Shown here: positions 28,394 to 36,633 of the stretch, piece by piece | Numbering within the stretch: position 1 is the first letter of the stretch | Layout: each line of letters starts with the position of its first letter | NCBI GenBank assembly: GCA_947463975.1 | Contig: CANHUW010000001.1 | Coordinates: forward strand, 1 to 36,633 | From: Bacteroidota bacterium | GTDB taxonomy: Bacteria; Bacteroidota; Bacteroidia; Chitinophagales; Chitinophagaceae | Reading direction: 5' to 3' | Length of the DNA stretch: 36,633 nt | Notes under the pieces: model-generated | What the model was told of the DNA's origin: nothing | The model's input: only the letters and a program-made list of their open reading frames with translations | The model's database searches: none | Program-made: the position numbers and the translations under genes

Positions 28394-29946
28394 GATTTTT
28401 CTAGTTCTTTCAATTCAACAAATAATCTTAAGCTATTAGCTATAAATGCTTTCTGTCTTTTTTTAGAATCTTTGTGAAGAGGCAACATAGATAGAAAGAG
28501 ATGAATCATAGCAGCTAATAGGAACTTCTTATTCTTAACCAATGTATCGCTTTCAAAAAACTCACTCAAGAACGCCCTCTGGATAATCCTTATTTCAGAA
28601 ATATTTGGAAATGAAATCATAAAGTCAAAATTTTCCTCTTCTAAAAAATATCGTTCTGCGATTATCATATCATACAATCCAATAATTGAATGTCCAAATT
28701 TCGCGTAATCATAACGCAAATCACCGTATATATCAAAGTCACCTTCTGAATTAATTCCTCTTGGATCTATTAACTTAATATCTTGACGTCTAAAATCAAA
28801 TAAAATATTACTAAAACAAAAATCCCCATGTACAACTGATATACATAAATCATCTGGCAAACATATGTACCTTGCACTTTCAATTGCAATTTCCTTCAAT
28901 GTTCCTATAGAATTTCCTTTATAACTTAACGGAGCAATATACATTGGGTTACTCGCAAGAAACTCATCAATTCTTATGTTTGTTTTATTTAAGTAAATAT
29001 CATTATTGAGATAATTTGAAATTCTTTCCGGTTTAAATGTATTAACTTTCAAGAGAAATTCATGACAAGATTTAAAAATTTTATTCCATATAAATAACGG
29101 TTGCTTGCCAAAAACAAAAAGTTCATTCAAACCAATTAAATATAAATATTCTAATTCGTAATAAGCACTATTTTCATCATCTCGAGTACTTACTAATTGG
29201 GGCAGGTAATATTTGATTTGTGAAGGTACTTGTTCAAACCATCTAAATTCAGCAAGAATTTTATTATTATTAACACTTGTTTTAGATACGATTTTTGAAT
29301 CGATTTTCATTGAATTAAAATGCCTCACTGAAGGCATAGAAGCTTTAGAGCGATAATAAGTATTAATATGCCCAAAATCATACCATTCATTTACTTTGTA
29401 TAGGTCAGTCTCATTTTCAATTCTGTATAAATTAATAGCGCTAATAAAATTATGTTCACATCGAACAAGATACTTTAAGAATTTTTTTACATCGTTAAAT
29501 GAAAAATATCCTGCATAAACTATTTCTGGATCATATCCTTCTTCCAAAAAAGTCCAATCATAATTATCATCTGGATTAGCAACAGCGAAAAAATCATTTT
29601 CAACAGAAATTGGTAGATCTAGAATCAAAGTATCTCCATGCAAAATTTTGATGGACTCATCATATCTTCCGATCATATTGACAGCATATGAAATAGATAA
29701 ACCTAATGAAAGATTATTTGGCACTCTAATAATATTAATACCACTGTTAATTAAACAATAACTATCAAATTCATCTAAGTAATAATCCTGAGGTATTGTC
29801 AAGAAAACTTCTTCTTCTTCTGGCAACGAATTTAATTGATGAACATATAATCTCTGATTCTTGATAGGTAAGAAAGAGGGTGGGAGATTACCTATCTCAT
29901 TTTTAATTTCTTGGGATACATATGCAGCAGAAGTGATTAAATACAT
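28390..29946 (-). CDS. Capsule protein with a degenerate NTP-transferase N-domain and an APH/choline-kinase-like C-domain (BcbE/KfoE-like)
   Basis: N-part: LPPSFLP, HGDTL, WYDFGH. Kinase motifs: HGDFCFSNI, LIDPRG, GDLRYDYAK. Confidence 0.78.
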   Translation of the reverse strand: MYLITSAAYVSQEIKNEIGNLPPSFLPIKNQRLYVHQLNSLPEEEEVFLTIPQDYYLDEFDSYCLINSGINIIRVPNNLSLGLSISYAVNMIGRYDESIKILHGDTLILDLPISVENDFFAVANPDDNYDWTFLEEGYDPEIVYAGYFSFNDVKKFLKYLVRCEHNFISAINLYRIENETDLYKVNEWYDFGHINTYYRSKASMPSVRHFNSMKIDSKIVSKTSVNNNKILAEFRWFEQVPSQIKYYLPQLVSTRDDENSAYYELEYLYLIGLNELFVFGKQPLFIWNKIFKSCHEFLLKVNTFKPERISNYLNNDIYLNKTNIRIDEFLASNPMYIAPLSYKGNSIGTLKEIAIESARYICLPDDLCISVVHGDFCFSNILFDFRRQDIKLIDPRGINSEGDFDIYGDLRYDYAKFGHSIIGLYDMIIAERYFLEEENFDFMISFPNISEIRIIQRAFLSEFFESDTLVKNKKFLLAAMIHLFLSMLPLHKDSKKRQKAFIANSLRLFVELKELEKS

Positions 29947-29949
29947 GAT

Positions 29950-30327
29950 TTAGACTTGTTTTTCTTTAGTAAGAAGATTTATAATTTCATCATAACTATA
30001 CTTTAAAAACTCTGATGGTCTAATCGCTTTATCATCTATGTAAAATCCATCAAATCCACACCATGGTTTCCCTACATAAACTTCGTCGTAAGGCACACTA
30101 AATTGATCTAACCATTTTAGAATTACAGGTAAAGTATGAATATTAATCTTTCCAACATTCTTGTCGTAAGTTCTCATGTTTCTACTCGAAAATATTACTA
30201 TCTCAAAGCCGTTATGTTGATAATCTTTTAATTTACTGATTAAATCATTATTGGGTTTAGCAACTTCATATTTGCCCTCTGTTGTAAATGAAATAGTATC
30301 ATCTAAATCTACAATTAATCTTTTCAC
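29950..30327 (-). CDS. Small HAD phosphatase of the EcbF/BcbF (KfoI-like) capsule biosynthesis family
   Basis: VDLDDTI (motif I), FSSR, GKPW and YIDDKA; GTG start. Confidence 0.85.
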   Translation of the reverse strand: MKRLIVDLDDTISFTTEGKYEVAKPNNDLISKLKDYQHNGFEIVIFSSRNMRTYDKNVGKINIHTLPVILKWLDQFSVPYDEVYVGKPWCGFDGFYIDDKAIRPSEFLKYSYDEIINLLTKEKQV

Positions 30328-30425
30328 GGCTAATTTATTAGTTTATACTTGTTAGAACTTAAATCAATTTAATACAGAATAGCAACTCATACTTACATTT
30401 GTGGCTATTGCATTGTTTACAAAAA

Positions 30426-30447
30426 TGCGCACCAAACTGCGCACCAA
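30426..30447 (+). repeat. Tandem direct repeat TGCGCACCAA x2 (12-bp period)
   Basis: Copies at 30426-30435 and 30438-30447, seen directly. Confidence 0.85.
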
Positions 30448-30570
30448 CCACCTAAATGTTGATTGATTTTTGAATATTTTGAGGAAACTTTTAATTCAAA
30501 TAAGTGCTCATTATCAACACTTTAACTATTTACAAATTTTAACAAATACCCCCCTTCGGTCTGGACCACA

Positions 30571-32490
30571 CTAATCCATTCCAACCACTTTTCCACCAGT
30601 ATCTAACTTCTCAAACACACTATTGTTGCTAACAAACTCAGGCACCATTTCTTTCATTTTAGCAACCAGGTACATATCACTCTCTTCAGAACTTACAAGT
30701 GTAACTAATTCATTAAAATGTTTAGACACTTCAATAAATTCAACCTCACGAACTTTAGCAATCATTATTTTATCGTGGTAGGTATTACCTGTGTTTTCGC
30801 CATCGTTTAAAAGCTCTTCATATAACTTTTCGCCAGGGCGGAGGCCACTATACACAATATCAATATCAATATTAGGGATCAGACCGTATAAGCGAATCAT
30901 TTTTTTAGCAAGGTCGGCAATGGCAACTGGTTGCCCCATATCAAACACAAATATTTCACCACCATTACCCATACTACCTGCTTCTAATACTAGTTGGCAA
31001 GCTTCAGGTATGGTCATAAAATAACGCGTAATATTTGGATGTGTAACCGTAATTGGGCCTCCCTTTTCTATTTGTTGCTTAAACCTATTAATTACAGATC
31101 CATTAGACCCTAGTACATTACCAAATCGAGTAGTAATATATTTTGTATTTGTGTTATGCTTACTTAAACCTTGCACATAAATTTCGGCAAGGCGTTTACT
31201 AGCACCCATTACATTGGTTGGGTTAACAGCCTTATCGGTACTAACCATAACAAAACGCTCCACGCCGTATTCGTTGGCTAGGTTTGCTATCAACTGAGTG
31301 CCTAATACATTGTTACGCACCGCCTCTGTAGGGCAAAGCTCCATCATGGGCACATGCTTGTACGCAGCAGCATGATACACATAATGTGGTTTAAAACTAG
31401 TAAACAACTGGCGCATGCGTGCCTCGTTGGTAATACTTGCTAGGTATGAAATACAATTAACAGATTTACCCGTTTCTTGCAACTCAAGCTCTAGAGTATG
31501 AAGCGGAGTTTCGGCCTGGTCGCATAATACAATAAGCTCTGGGCTATAATGCATAAGCTGCCTAACAATTTCTGACCCAATAGACCCAGCAGCACCGGTA
31601 ACAAGCACACGCTTACCTTTTATTTGAGCACGTATTTGATTGTTGTTAATATGAATAGGATCACGCTCCAATAATTCTTCAATATTAATAGACCTTAATT
31701 GACGGCTAGAAAAACTACCCTCGGTCCAGTTGCTGTAAGGCGGAACCACCAATACTTTAATATCGTGATTTAAACAAAAGTCTACTAACTCATTTTTACG
31801 TTTAGCTGTAATGGTAAAAGAAGCAATAATAAGTTCATCGATAGGTTCTTGTGCAGCTATATCGGCTAAATCGTTAAATGTAATAATACGAACACCATCT
31901 AGTACTTTTTTGGTTTTTTTACGATCATCATCTACAAAGGCTAAAATGCTAATGTAATTTTGACCATCGTGCTCCAATACTCTTTTGGTAGCCATGCCAG
32001 CCTCTCCGGCACCAAAAATCACCACCGTTTTACGTTTCATTTTATAAGAACGTAAATACGCAAAACCAAATTTAACAGCTACCCTATAAGTTAATAAAGC
32101 TAAAAAGCTAAACGTACCGTATACAATAATTACTACATTATTGAGGACTAAATTGTCTTGTAAAGGGCTACTTATAATAGAAATTAAATATAAAACTACA
32201 CTTGAAGCAAGCACCGAAACCGCAATACGAAGCGCATCTTGCATGCCCGTGTAACGTACAATACCAGAATAAGTTTTAAGTGCTGTAAACACAAATGCAT
32301 TTACAATTAGCATAATTGATACAGTGGTAAACAGGCTCTCCCAATTAATACCAACCAGTGTTAAGTTTTGCTTAACTATAAACGCTAAGAGCAATGCACT
32401 AAAAGTAACTCCCAAATCAATTACAAATATAATCCAGCGAGGAACAATATTTATTTTACTAAGAAAGAACTGTTTTTTACTTAATACCAT
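30571..32490 (-). CDS. capD: Membrane-bound UDP-GlcNAc 4,6-dehydratase (CapD/PglF/WbpM family)
   Basis: Four TMs, then GAGEAG, TGAAGSIGSE, HAAAYKHVP, STDKAVNPTNVMGASKR, RFGNVLGSNGSV and GLRPGEKLYEEL. Confidence 0.93.
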   Translation of the reverse strand: MVLSKKQFFLSKINIVPRWIIFVIDLGVTFSALLLAFIVKQNLTLVGINWESLFTTVSIMLIVNAFVFTALKTYSGIVRYTGMQDALRIAVSVLASSVVLYLISIISSPLQDNLVLNNVVIIVYGTFSFLALLTYRVAVKFGFAYLRSYKMKRKTVVIFGAGEAGMATKRVLEHDGQNYISILAFVDDDRKKTKKVLDGVRIITFNDLADIAAQEPIDELIIASFTITAKRKNELVDFCLNHDIKVLVVPPYSNWTEGSFSSRQLRSINIEELLERDPIHINNNQIRAQIKGKRVLVTGAAGSIGSEIVRQLMHYSPELIVLCDQAETPLHTLELELQETGKSVNCISYLASITNEARMRQLFTSFKPHYVYHAAAYKHVPMMELCPTEAVRNNVLGTQLIANLANEYGVERFVMVSTDKAVNPTNVMGASKRLAEIYVQGLSKHNTNTKYITTRFGNVLGSNGSVINRFKQQIEKGGPITVTHPNITRYFMTIPEACQLVLEAGSMGNGGEIFVFDMGQPVAIADLAKKMIRLYGLIPNIDIDIVYSGLRPGEKLYEELLNDGENTGNTYHDKIMIAKVREVEFIEVSKHFNELVTLVSSEESDMYLVAKMKEMVPEFVSNNSVFEKLDTGGKVVGMD

Positions 32491-32522
32491 TGTGAAAGCT
32501 ATTTATAAAATAATAAGTCAGT

Positions 32523-33620
32523 TTAATTTGCTAAAATACCAGCAAATAATTTTTTAAATACAAGTACCAGTGCCGTTAAAAACCCAGCTAAAAAACCGCC
32601 TAAAATTAACGACCTTAATTTGCCTACTTTTTCTTTTTTAAGTGGAAGTATAGGCTTATCAATAACTTGAATAAGGGGCGTTTCTTTACGAAGGCTCACT
32701 TTTGCCATTTCTAAATTTGTAACCAGTTGCGTTAATATAGCGGTATTGGCCTGAACATCTACTTGTCTGCGTGTACCTGGTGTTTTACGCACCAGCATGG
32801 CAGGGTTTAACCCAAAGGTATTATCTGCGGCAGATGCAACACCTGTAATAGCGCCATTAAGCTCGGCTCTAATACTATCAGTTTGGTGTTGCAATATCTC
32901 CATATTTTGTCTGGCCTTTTTACTTTTAATTTCGATGTAGTAACCAGACACTTCTTTTGCAATACTTTCGGTAAAAGTTTTACTAAAAAGCTCATTGCTG
33001 CTTTTAACTTCTATATTAATGATGGATATTTTCTTGTCTTTTTGCGCAACACTTAATAGTCCGTTAGCACCAGCAATAGATGAATACAAGTTTCCTAAAA
33101 TACTATCTTGTTGTAATGTGTAATTGCTACGGTCAGCATCTACCTCAAATACAATATTTTTTAATGCTGAATTTTGAGACCAATTTTTATTGAGCTCATT
33201 AAAATTTATAAAGTACTGTGCGAGGCTTTGTGTTTTACCATTAACAGTAATAGGGTTAAGTAAAGCCTTTTCTACTATTTTACGGCTTTTCATGAGCTCA
33301 ATTAAATTAGCTCCACTAAATGCGCCACCTGCACTGGTACCTAAGTCTATACCTAAACTGCTAGCAAGGCCTAGTGCGCCAGAAAGCCCACCGCCTCCTT
33401 GTTTTTCATCTTCTAATGCAAAACTTAAATTAGCAGTATATGTTGGCTTTTGCATAAAAGCATAACCCACTCCAATAGCGCCGCCAATAATACCAGCAGC
33501 TACCAGCACTACCCATTTAGAGAGTAAAAAGCGGTACCAATCTTTTATTTTTAAGATGAGTTCTTTTAAAGAGATTTCATCTTGTTCTATGTTTTGTATA
33601 TCGTTGTTGTTTTGTTGCAT
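32523..33620 (-). CDS. Wzz-like polysaccharide co-polymerase / chain-length determinant
   Basis: DEISLKEL, two TMs, GLASSLGIDLG and ETPLIQVIDKP; paralog of 5975..7036. Confidence 0.82.
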   Translation of the reverse strand: MQQNNNDIQNIEQDEISLKELILKIKDWYRFLLSKWVVLVAAGIIGGAIGVGYAFMQKPTYTANLSFALEDEKQGGGGLSGALGLASSLGIDLGTSAGGAFSGANLIELMKSRKIVEKALLNPITVNGKTQSLAQYFINFNELNKNWSQNSALKNIVFEVDADRSNYTLQQDSILGNLYSSIAGANGLLSVAQKDKKISIINIEVKSSNELFSKTFTESIAKEVSGYYIEIKSKKARQNMEILQHQTDSIRAELNGAITGVASAADNTFGLNPAMLVRKTPGTRRQVDVQANTAILTQLVTNLEMAKVSLRKETPLIQVIDKPILPLKKEKVGKLRSLILGGFLAGFLTALVLVFKKLFAGILAN

Positions 33621-33630
33621 GGAGGATACT

Positions 33631-36078
33631 TTATAATCTTAACAGGGCAATAATTAAACCAGCCAAACTGGCAATGGAACTACTAATACCTATAAGCTCA
33701 CCAGTACTTACCTTTTTACCTTCGGCCTTTTTAGGGACTATAATTCCTGAACCTGGTTTTACCTTGGGCCTAAACGTAAAAAATAAAAACTTACTAGACC
33801 TAGCAGCTTCACCATTGGCATAAACAATATAGGCTTTGCGTTTAATAGCATCGGCGCTATAACCACCTGCTGCAGTTATATAATTACCAAAACTATTATT
33901 CTTACTAAAAGGCACTTGAGTAGTTAATAATACCGCGCCGCTTACTTTAATTTGACCGTCATATTTTGGAATAAATATTTCGTCTCCCACTTTTAAAACT
34001 ATGTCTTCTTCAGAACCTGGGTTACTTAAAATTTTATCTAAATTAAGAGGCACTTTAATAAAAGTGGTATTTTTTTCAGTTTCTAATTCTGCAAGCCCAC
34101 TAGAATCTTTTAGTATTTTTTTTGCTCGGTCAATATTTTCTTCTTCTTTCTTTTTTTCTTCGGCAGTTTTGTTGTGCACTAAATAGGCGCCTTCTATAAA
34201 TGCATCGGCAGTGTAACCACCCGCACGTTTTAATATCGCACTTACGCGCTCGTTTCGCGCACTTAAGGCATATGGGCCCGGGTATTGCACTTGGCCAGAA
34301 ATACGTACCGATTCTGGTAAGGTATAACCTGCTTTTCGTTTAATCGTAACAACATCAAAAGCGCTAAGCTTAATACTTGCAGCTGCGGTGCTAATATCAC
34401 CATCCACCACGGTACTAATAATTTCGGCGGCTCTAAAATCTTTTGGCTCGATACTATCACGCTTAATTAAACGCGCAATTTCAATACTTTTAAATGCAGC
34501 ATCGGTAAAGCCGCCTGCTTGTAAAATAAGATCTTTTAATGTGATGCCCTGTGTAAATTCAAAAGAACCTGGCTTACGTATTTCACCTTGTATGTATACG
34601 TTTAATGAATCTCTCAAATCTAGTTTAGAAGTAATGAGTACTTCATCTTCTCTACTTAGTAAAATATTGTTGGCAGCATCGCCATTTAGTGCTTTAGCTA
34701 CGTCAAAACTTATTACAGATCTAGTAAGGTCTTCTTGTAAACGAATAATTTGTGCACGACCGGTGTAAGCGTCTTCGGTTAAACCATCTGCTTTACGGAT
34801 TAAATCAGCAACTTTTAAATTTGTTGTAAGTTCAAACACATCAGGCCTGTATACCGCACCTGCAATTTTTACTCGGTTGCTAAAGCGGTTTAATAATTTA
34901 CTTACTACAAAAACATCCCCCATTTGAGGTTGGTAATTATTGTATTGGGTTTGTAACAAATCTTTAATTTGCCTTTCCTTGTTTGTTTGTGCAAAAACTT
35001 TAACACTAGCTTGGTAGGCTGTATCGGTAAAGCCTGAAGCAAAGGCTAAAATATTAGCAAAATTTTCGTTTGGTAACACTTCAAAAATACCTGGGCGTTT
35101 TACTTGGCCTTCTATAGATACCCTTGATTTGTAAGATGGAATTCTGATAACATCATTGTCTTTTAAACCCACATTGTCCGATTGATCACCATTTAAAAGC
35201 ATGCGGTACAAATCGATTTTTTTAAATAGTTTATTATCGCGGAGTAATTCAATTTCTCTAAAAGATCCAAACGCTGTTGGACCACCACTCACATACAGTG
35301 CATTAAATACAGTTGCTAAACTAGACAGCCTATATGTTGCTGGGCGGTTGGCACCAATAATGGTTACTTTAATGGTGCGTATTTTACTAAGGGTTACAGA
35401 TATTTTACTTCCACCACTACGTAGGTAAGTATACACTGTAGAACCCATGGTGTTTTTAATTTTTTGCGTAGCAGCTTCGATGGTTAAACCTGCAACTCTA
35501 ATGAGGCCCACATTAGGGATGCTCACATTACCCTCGGCACTCACAAGTAAATCGCCACTATATTCCTGCACACCATAAACGCTAACAGCAATTTGGTCGT
35601 TAGGGCCAAGCACATAATTGAGCGGTGTAGCCAGTGACATATTGGGTTCAAAACTTGGTGCAACACTCGTGTATAGTTCCGATCCAAAAATGAGTGGATT
35701 TATAAGCGGCTTAGGAAGTTGTTGTGTGTACTTTTCAGTATCTGCAGTATCGGTAGAGCTGCTAGTACGCGCTTCCTGTGTTTTAGTAGTTTTTGTTCCT
35801 GTTGTGCTAGTTGGGCCGCTAACACGCGCTTTAAGTTTTGCAAACTCTGCTGGGCTCATGCCTTTTGCTATTGCCATAGTTTCGGCCTGATCAATAGTCA
35901 TGCCTTGTGCAGTAAGTTGCGATTTTAGCTTGGCAATATCTCCGTCAGATAATTGATCTACTCTAACACTTGATAGGTTGTTGCCCTTAAATAAATCTTG
36001 CGCAGACGCCGTGGTAGCAACTAGCAAAATTAACAAGAGCATGAAACCTAATTTTTTTATGAGTTGTTGTAATTGCAT
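33631..36078 (-). CDS. Polysaccharide export protein with multiple SLBB domains (Wza/KpsD-like OPX)
   Basis: Signal peptide, TPLNYVLGPND and repeated GQVKRPG/GAVYRPD/GEIRKPG/GQVQYPG motifs; paralog of 3641..5965. Confidence 0.87.
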   Translation of the reverse strand: MQLQQLIKKLGFMLLLILLVATTASAQDLFKGNNLSSVRVDQLSDGDIAKLKSQLTAQGMTIDQAETMAIAKGMSPAEFAKLKARVSGPTSTTGTKTTKTQEARTSSSTDTADTEKYTQQLPKPLINPLIFGSELYTSVAPSFEPNMSLATPLNYVLGPNDQIAVSVYGVQEYSGDLLVSAEGNVSIPNVGLIRVAGLTIEAATQKIKNTMGSTVYTYLRSGGSKISVTLSKIRTIKVTIIGANRPATYRLSSLATVFNALYVSGGPTAFGSFREIELLRDNKLFKKIDLYRMLLNGDQSDNVGLKDNDVIRIPSYKSRVSIEGQVKRPGIFEVLPNENFANILAFASGFTDTAYQASVKVFAQTNKERQIKDLLQTQYNNYQPQMGDVFVVSKLLNRFSNRVKIAGAVYRPDVFELTTNLKVADLIRKADGLTEDAYTGRAQIIRLQEDLTRSVISFDVAKALNGDAANNILLSREDEVLITSKLDLRDSLNVYIQGEIRKPGSFEFTQGITLKDLILQAGGFTDAAFKSIEIARLIKRDSIEPKDFRAAEIISTVVDGDISTAAASIKLSAFDVVTIKRKAGYTLPESVRISGQVQYPGPYALSARNERVSAILKRAGGYTADAFIEGAYLVHNKTAEEKKKEEENIDRAKKILKDSSGLAELETEKNTTFIKVPLNLDKILSNPGSEEDIVLKVGDEIFIPKYDGQIKVSGAVLLTTQVPFSKNNSFGNYITAAGGYSADAIKRKAYIVYANGEAARSSKFLFFTFRPKVKPGSGIIVPKKAEGKKVSTGELIGISSSIASLAGLIIALLRL

Positions 36079-36141
36079 GAATTAGGATATTTGAAAAAAG
36101 GGGTTAAATATTGTGGTTTTATATGTTTTTGGGGAACAGTG

Positions 36142-36162
36142 CAGGGCTCCGCCGACCTCAGT
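36142..36162 (-). promoter_or_regulatory. ops/JUMPstart-like element in the leader (ACTGAGGTCGGCGGAGCCCTG)
   Basis: GC-rich island 64-84 nt upstream of the first gene; the core GGCGG-AGCCCTG resembles the ops consensus GGCGGTAGnnTG. Confidence 0.5.
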
Positions 36163-36330
36163 CACAGATAGCTTACACAGATTACCAGCAAAACGATGTG
36201 TAGACCAAGTTTATTGTAAATCGTTTAGTCCTTAAAATAAAATACCCATCCTCAGTAGCAACATTAACTAGGGGGATAGGCTAATTTTTACACTCTTAAC
36301 TATTTGATTTACAATTGATTAATAAGCGTT

Positions 36331-36339
36331 GGGGGGGGG
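36331..36339. repeat. G9 homopolymer tract
   Basis: Nine consecutive G in an AT-rich intergenic region. Confidence 0.9.
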
Positions 36340-36367
36340 TGAATTCGCATTATCAAGTCAATTAGTG

Positions 36368-36397
36368 CAAATATAGGGCTAATCCAGTGAAAGTCAA
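36368..36397 (-). promoter_or_regulatory. Bacteroidota housekeeping promoter for the - strand locus
   Basis: TTG (36397-36395), a 19-nt spacer, then TATATTTG (36375-36368); fits the -33/-7 consensus. Confidence 0.7.
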
Positions 36398-36562
36398 GTG
36401 AAAAACGGTGAAATTTTAAATGATAATTTAGCCTAAATTAATAGCCTTAGGTATGGTTTAAAAGGTGTTTCCCGCAGATTTTAGTTACTACGGGTGCTTT
36501 AGCACCAAAATAGGTGACCTTACAACACCAGAAACAATTTGTTTTGGAAATAAAACCAACCA

Positions 36563-36606
36563 TACCGCTCTTAAAGGTAGTATTTTTACTACCTTTAAGA
36601 GCGGTA
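36563..36606 (-). terminator. Perfect 20-bp stem, 4-nt loop; probable terminator of an upstream - strand gene
   Basis: TACCGCTCTTAAAGGTAGTA-TTTT-TACTACCTTTAAGAGCGGTA. It starts about 10 nt after a TGA (36616-36618) that closes a frame entering from the window edge. The U-tract is weak. Confidence 0.6.
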
Positions 36607-36633
36607 AAGCCTATTTCACATGAAATCATCAGA

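Noticed and set aside
1106-35928. Numerous short antisense or alternate-frame ORFs in the track (e.g. 1106..1549, 8284..8604, 34388..34768)
   Set aside because: They lie within well-supported genes and show no recognisable motifs; they are shadow ORFs.
36277-36435. TAGGCTAA / TTAGCCTA inverted repeat flanking the promoter (possible invertible promoter)
   Set aside because: Only 8 bp are perfect in AT-rich DNA, which is short for an invertible-promoter repeat, and there is no invertase in the window.
36447-36629. 60-aa - strand ORF
   Set aside because: It runs through the 20-bp hairpin and has no motifs; likely spurious.
1-36633. CRISPR arrays, tRNA/rRNA genes, transposases or integrases
   Set aside because: No regularly spaced repeats, cloverleaf sequences or mobile-element ORFs were seen.

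Overview
A Bacteroidota-like surface-polysaccharide region made of two convergent clusters. The lineage is inferred from TAnnTTTG promoter boxes and the gene families present. The + strand cluster (1-7036) is the tail of one locus: GT4, WcaJ-type initiating transferase, Wzi, multi-SLBB export protein and Wzz-like co-polymerase. The - strand cluster (36078-7017) is a near-complete Wzx/Wzy-type locus: SLBB export protein, Wzz, CapD/PglF, a phosphatase-kinase-nucleotidyltransferase triad (BcbF/E/G- or KfoI/E/H-like), WecB, WavE, glycosyltransferases, a methyltransferase, Wzy, a flippase, an epimerase, a PglC-type transferase and two more Wzi paralogs. The most unusual element is a PgsA-PgpA fusion gene coupled to an LtaS/MdoB-like membrane transferase, with a second paralogous transferase nearby. 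Together they suggest a self-contained system that makes phosphatidylglycerol and transfers phosphoglycerol onto the glycan. Between the two transferases lies a decaying block: a DUF1624 gene with paired frameshifts, a YdcF fragment, lhgO with two nonsense codons and a relic of a sugar-transferase 3' end. The right end carries a promoter, a long leader with an ops-like motif and a G9 tract, and a perfect 20-bp hairpin. An att-like relic sits at the edge of the AT-rich central block. All family calls come from motif recognition by eye; no searches were run.
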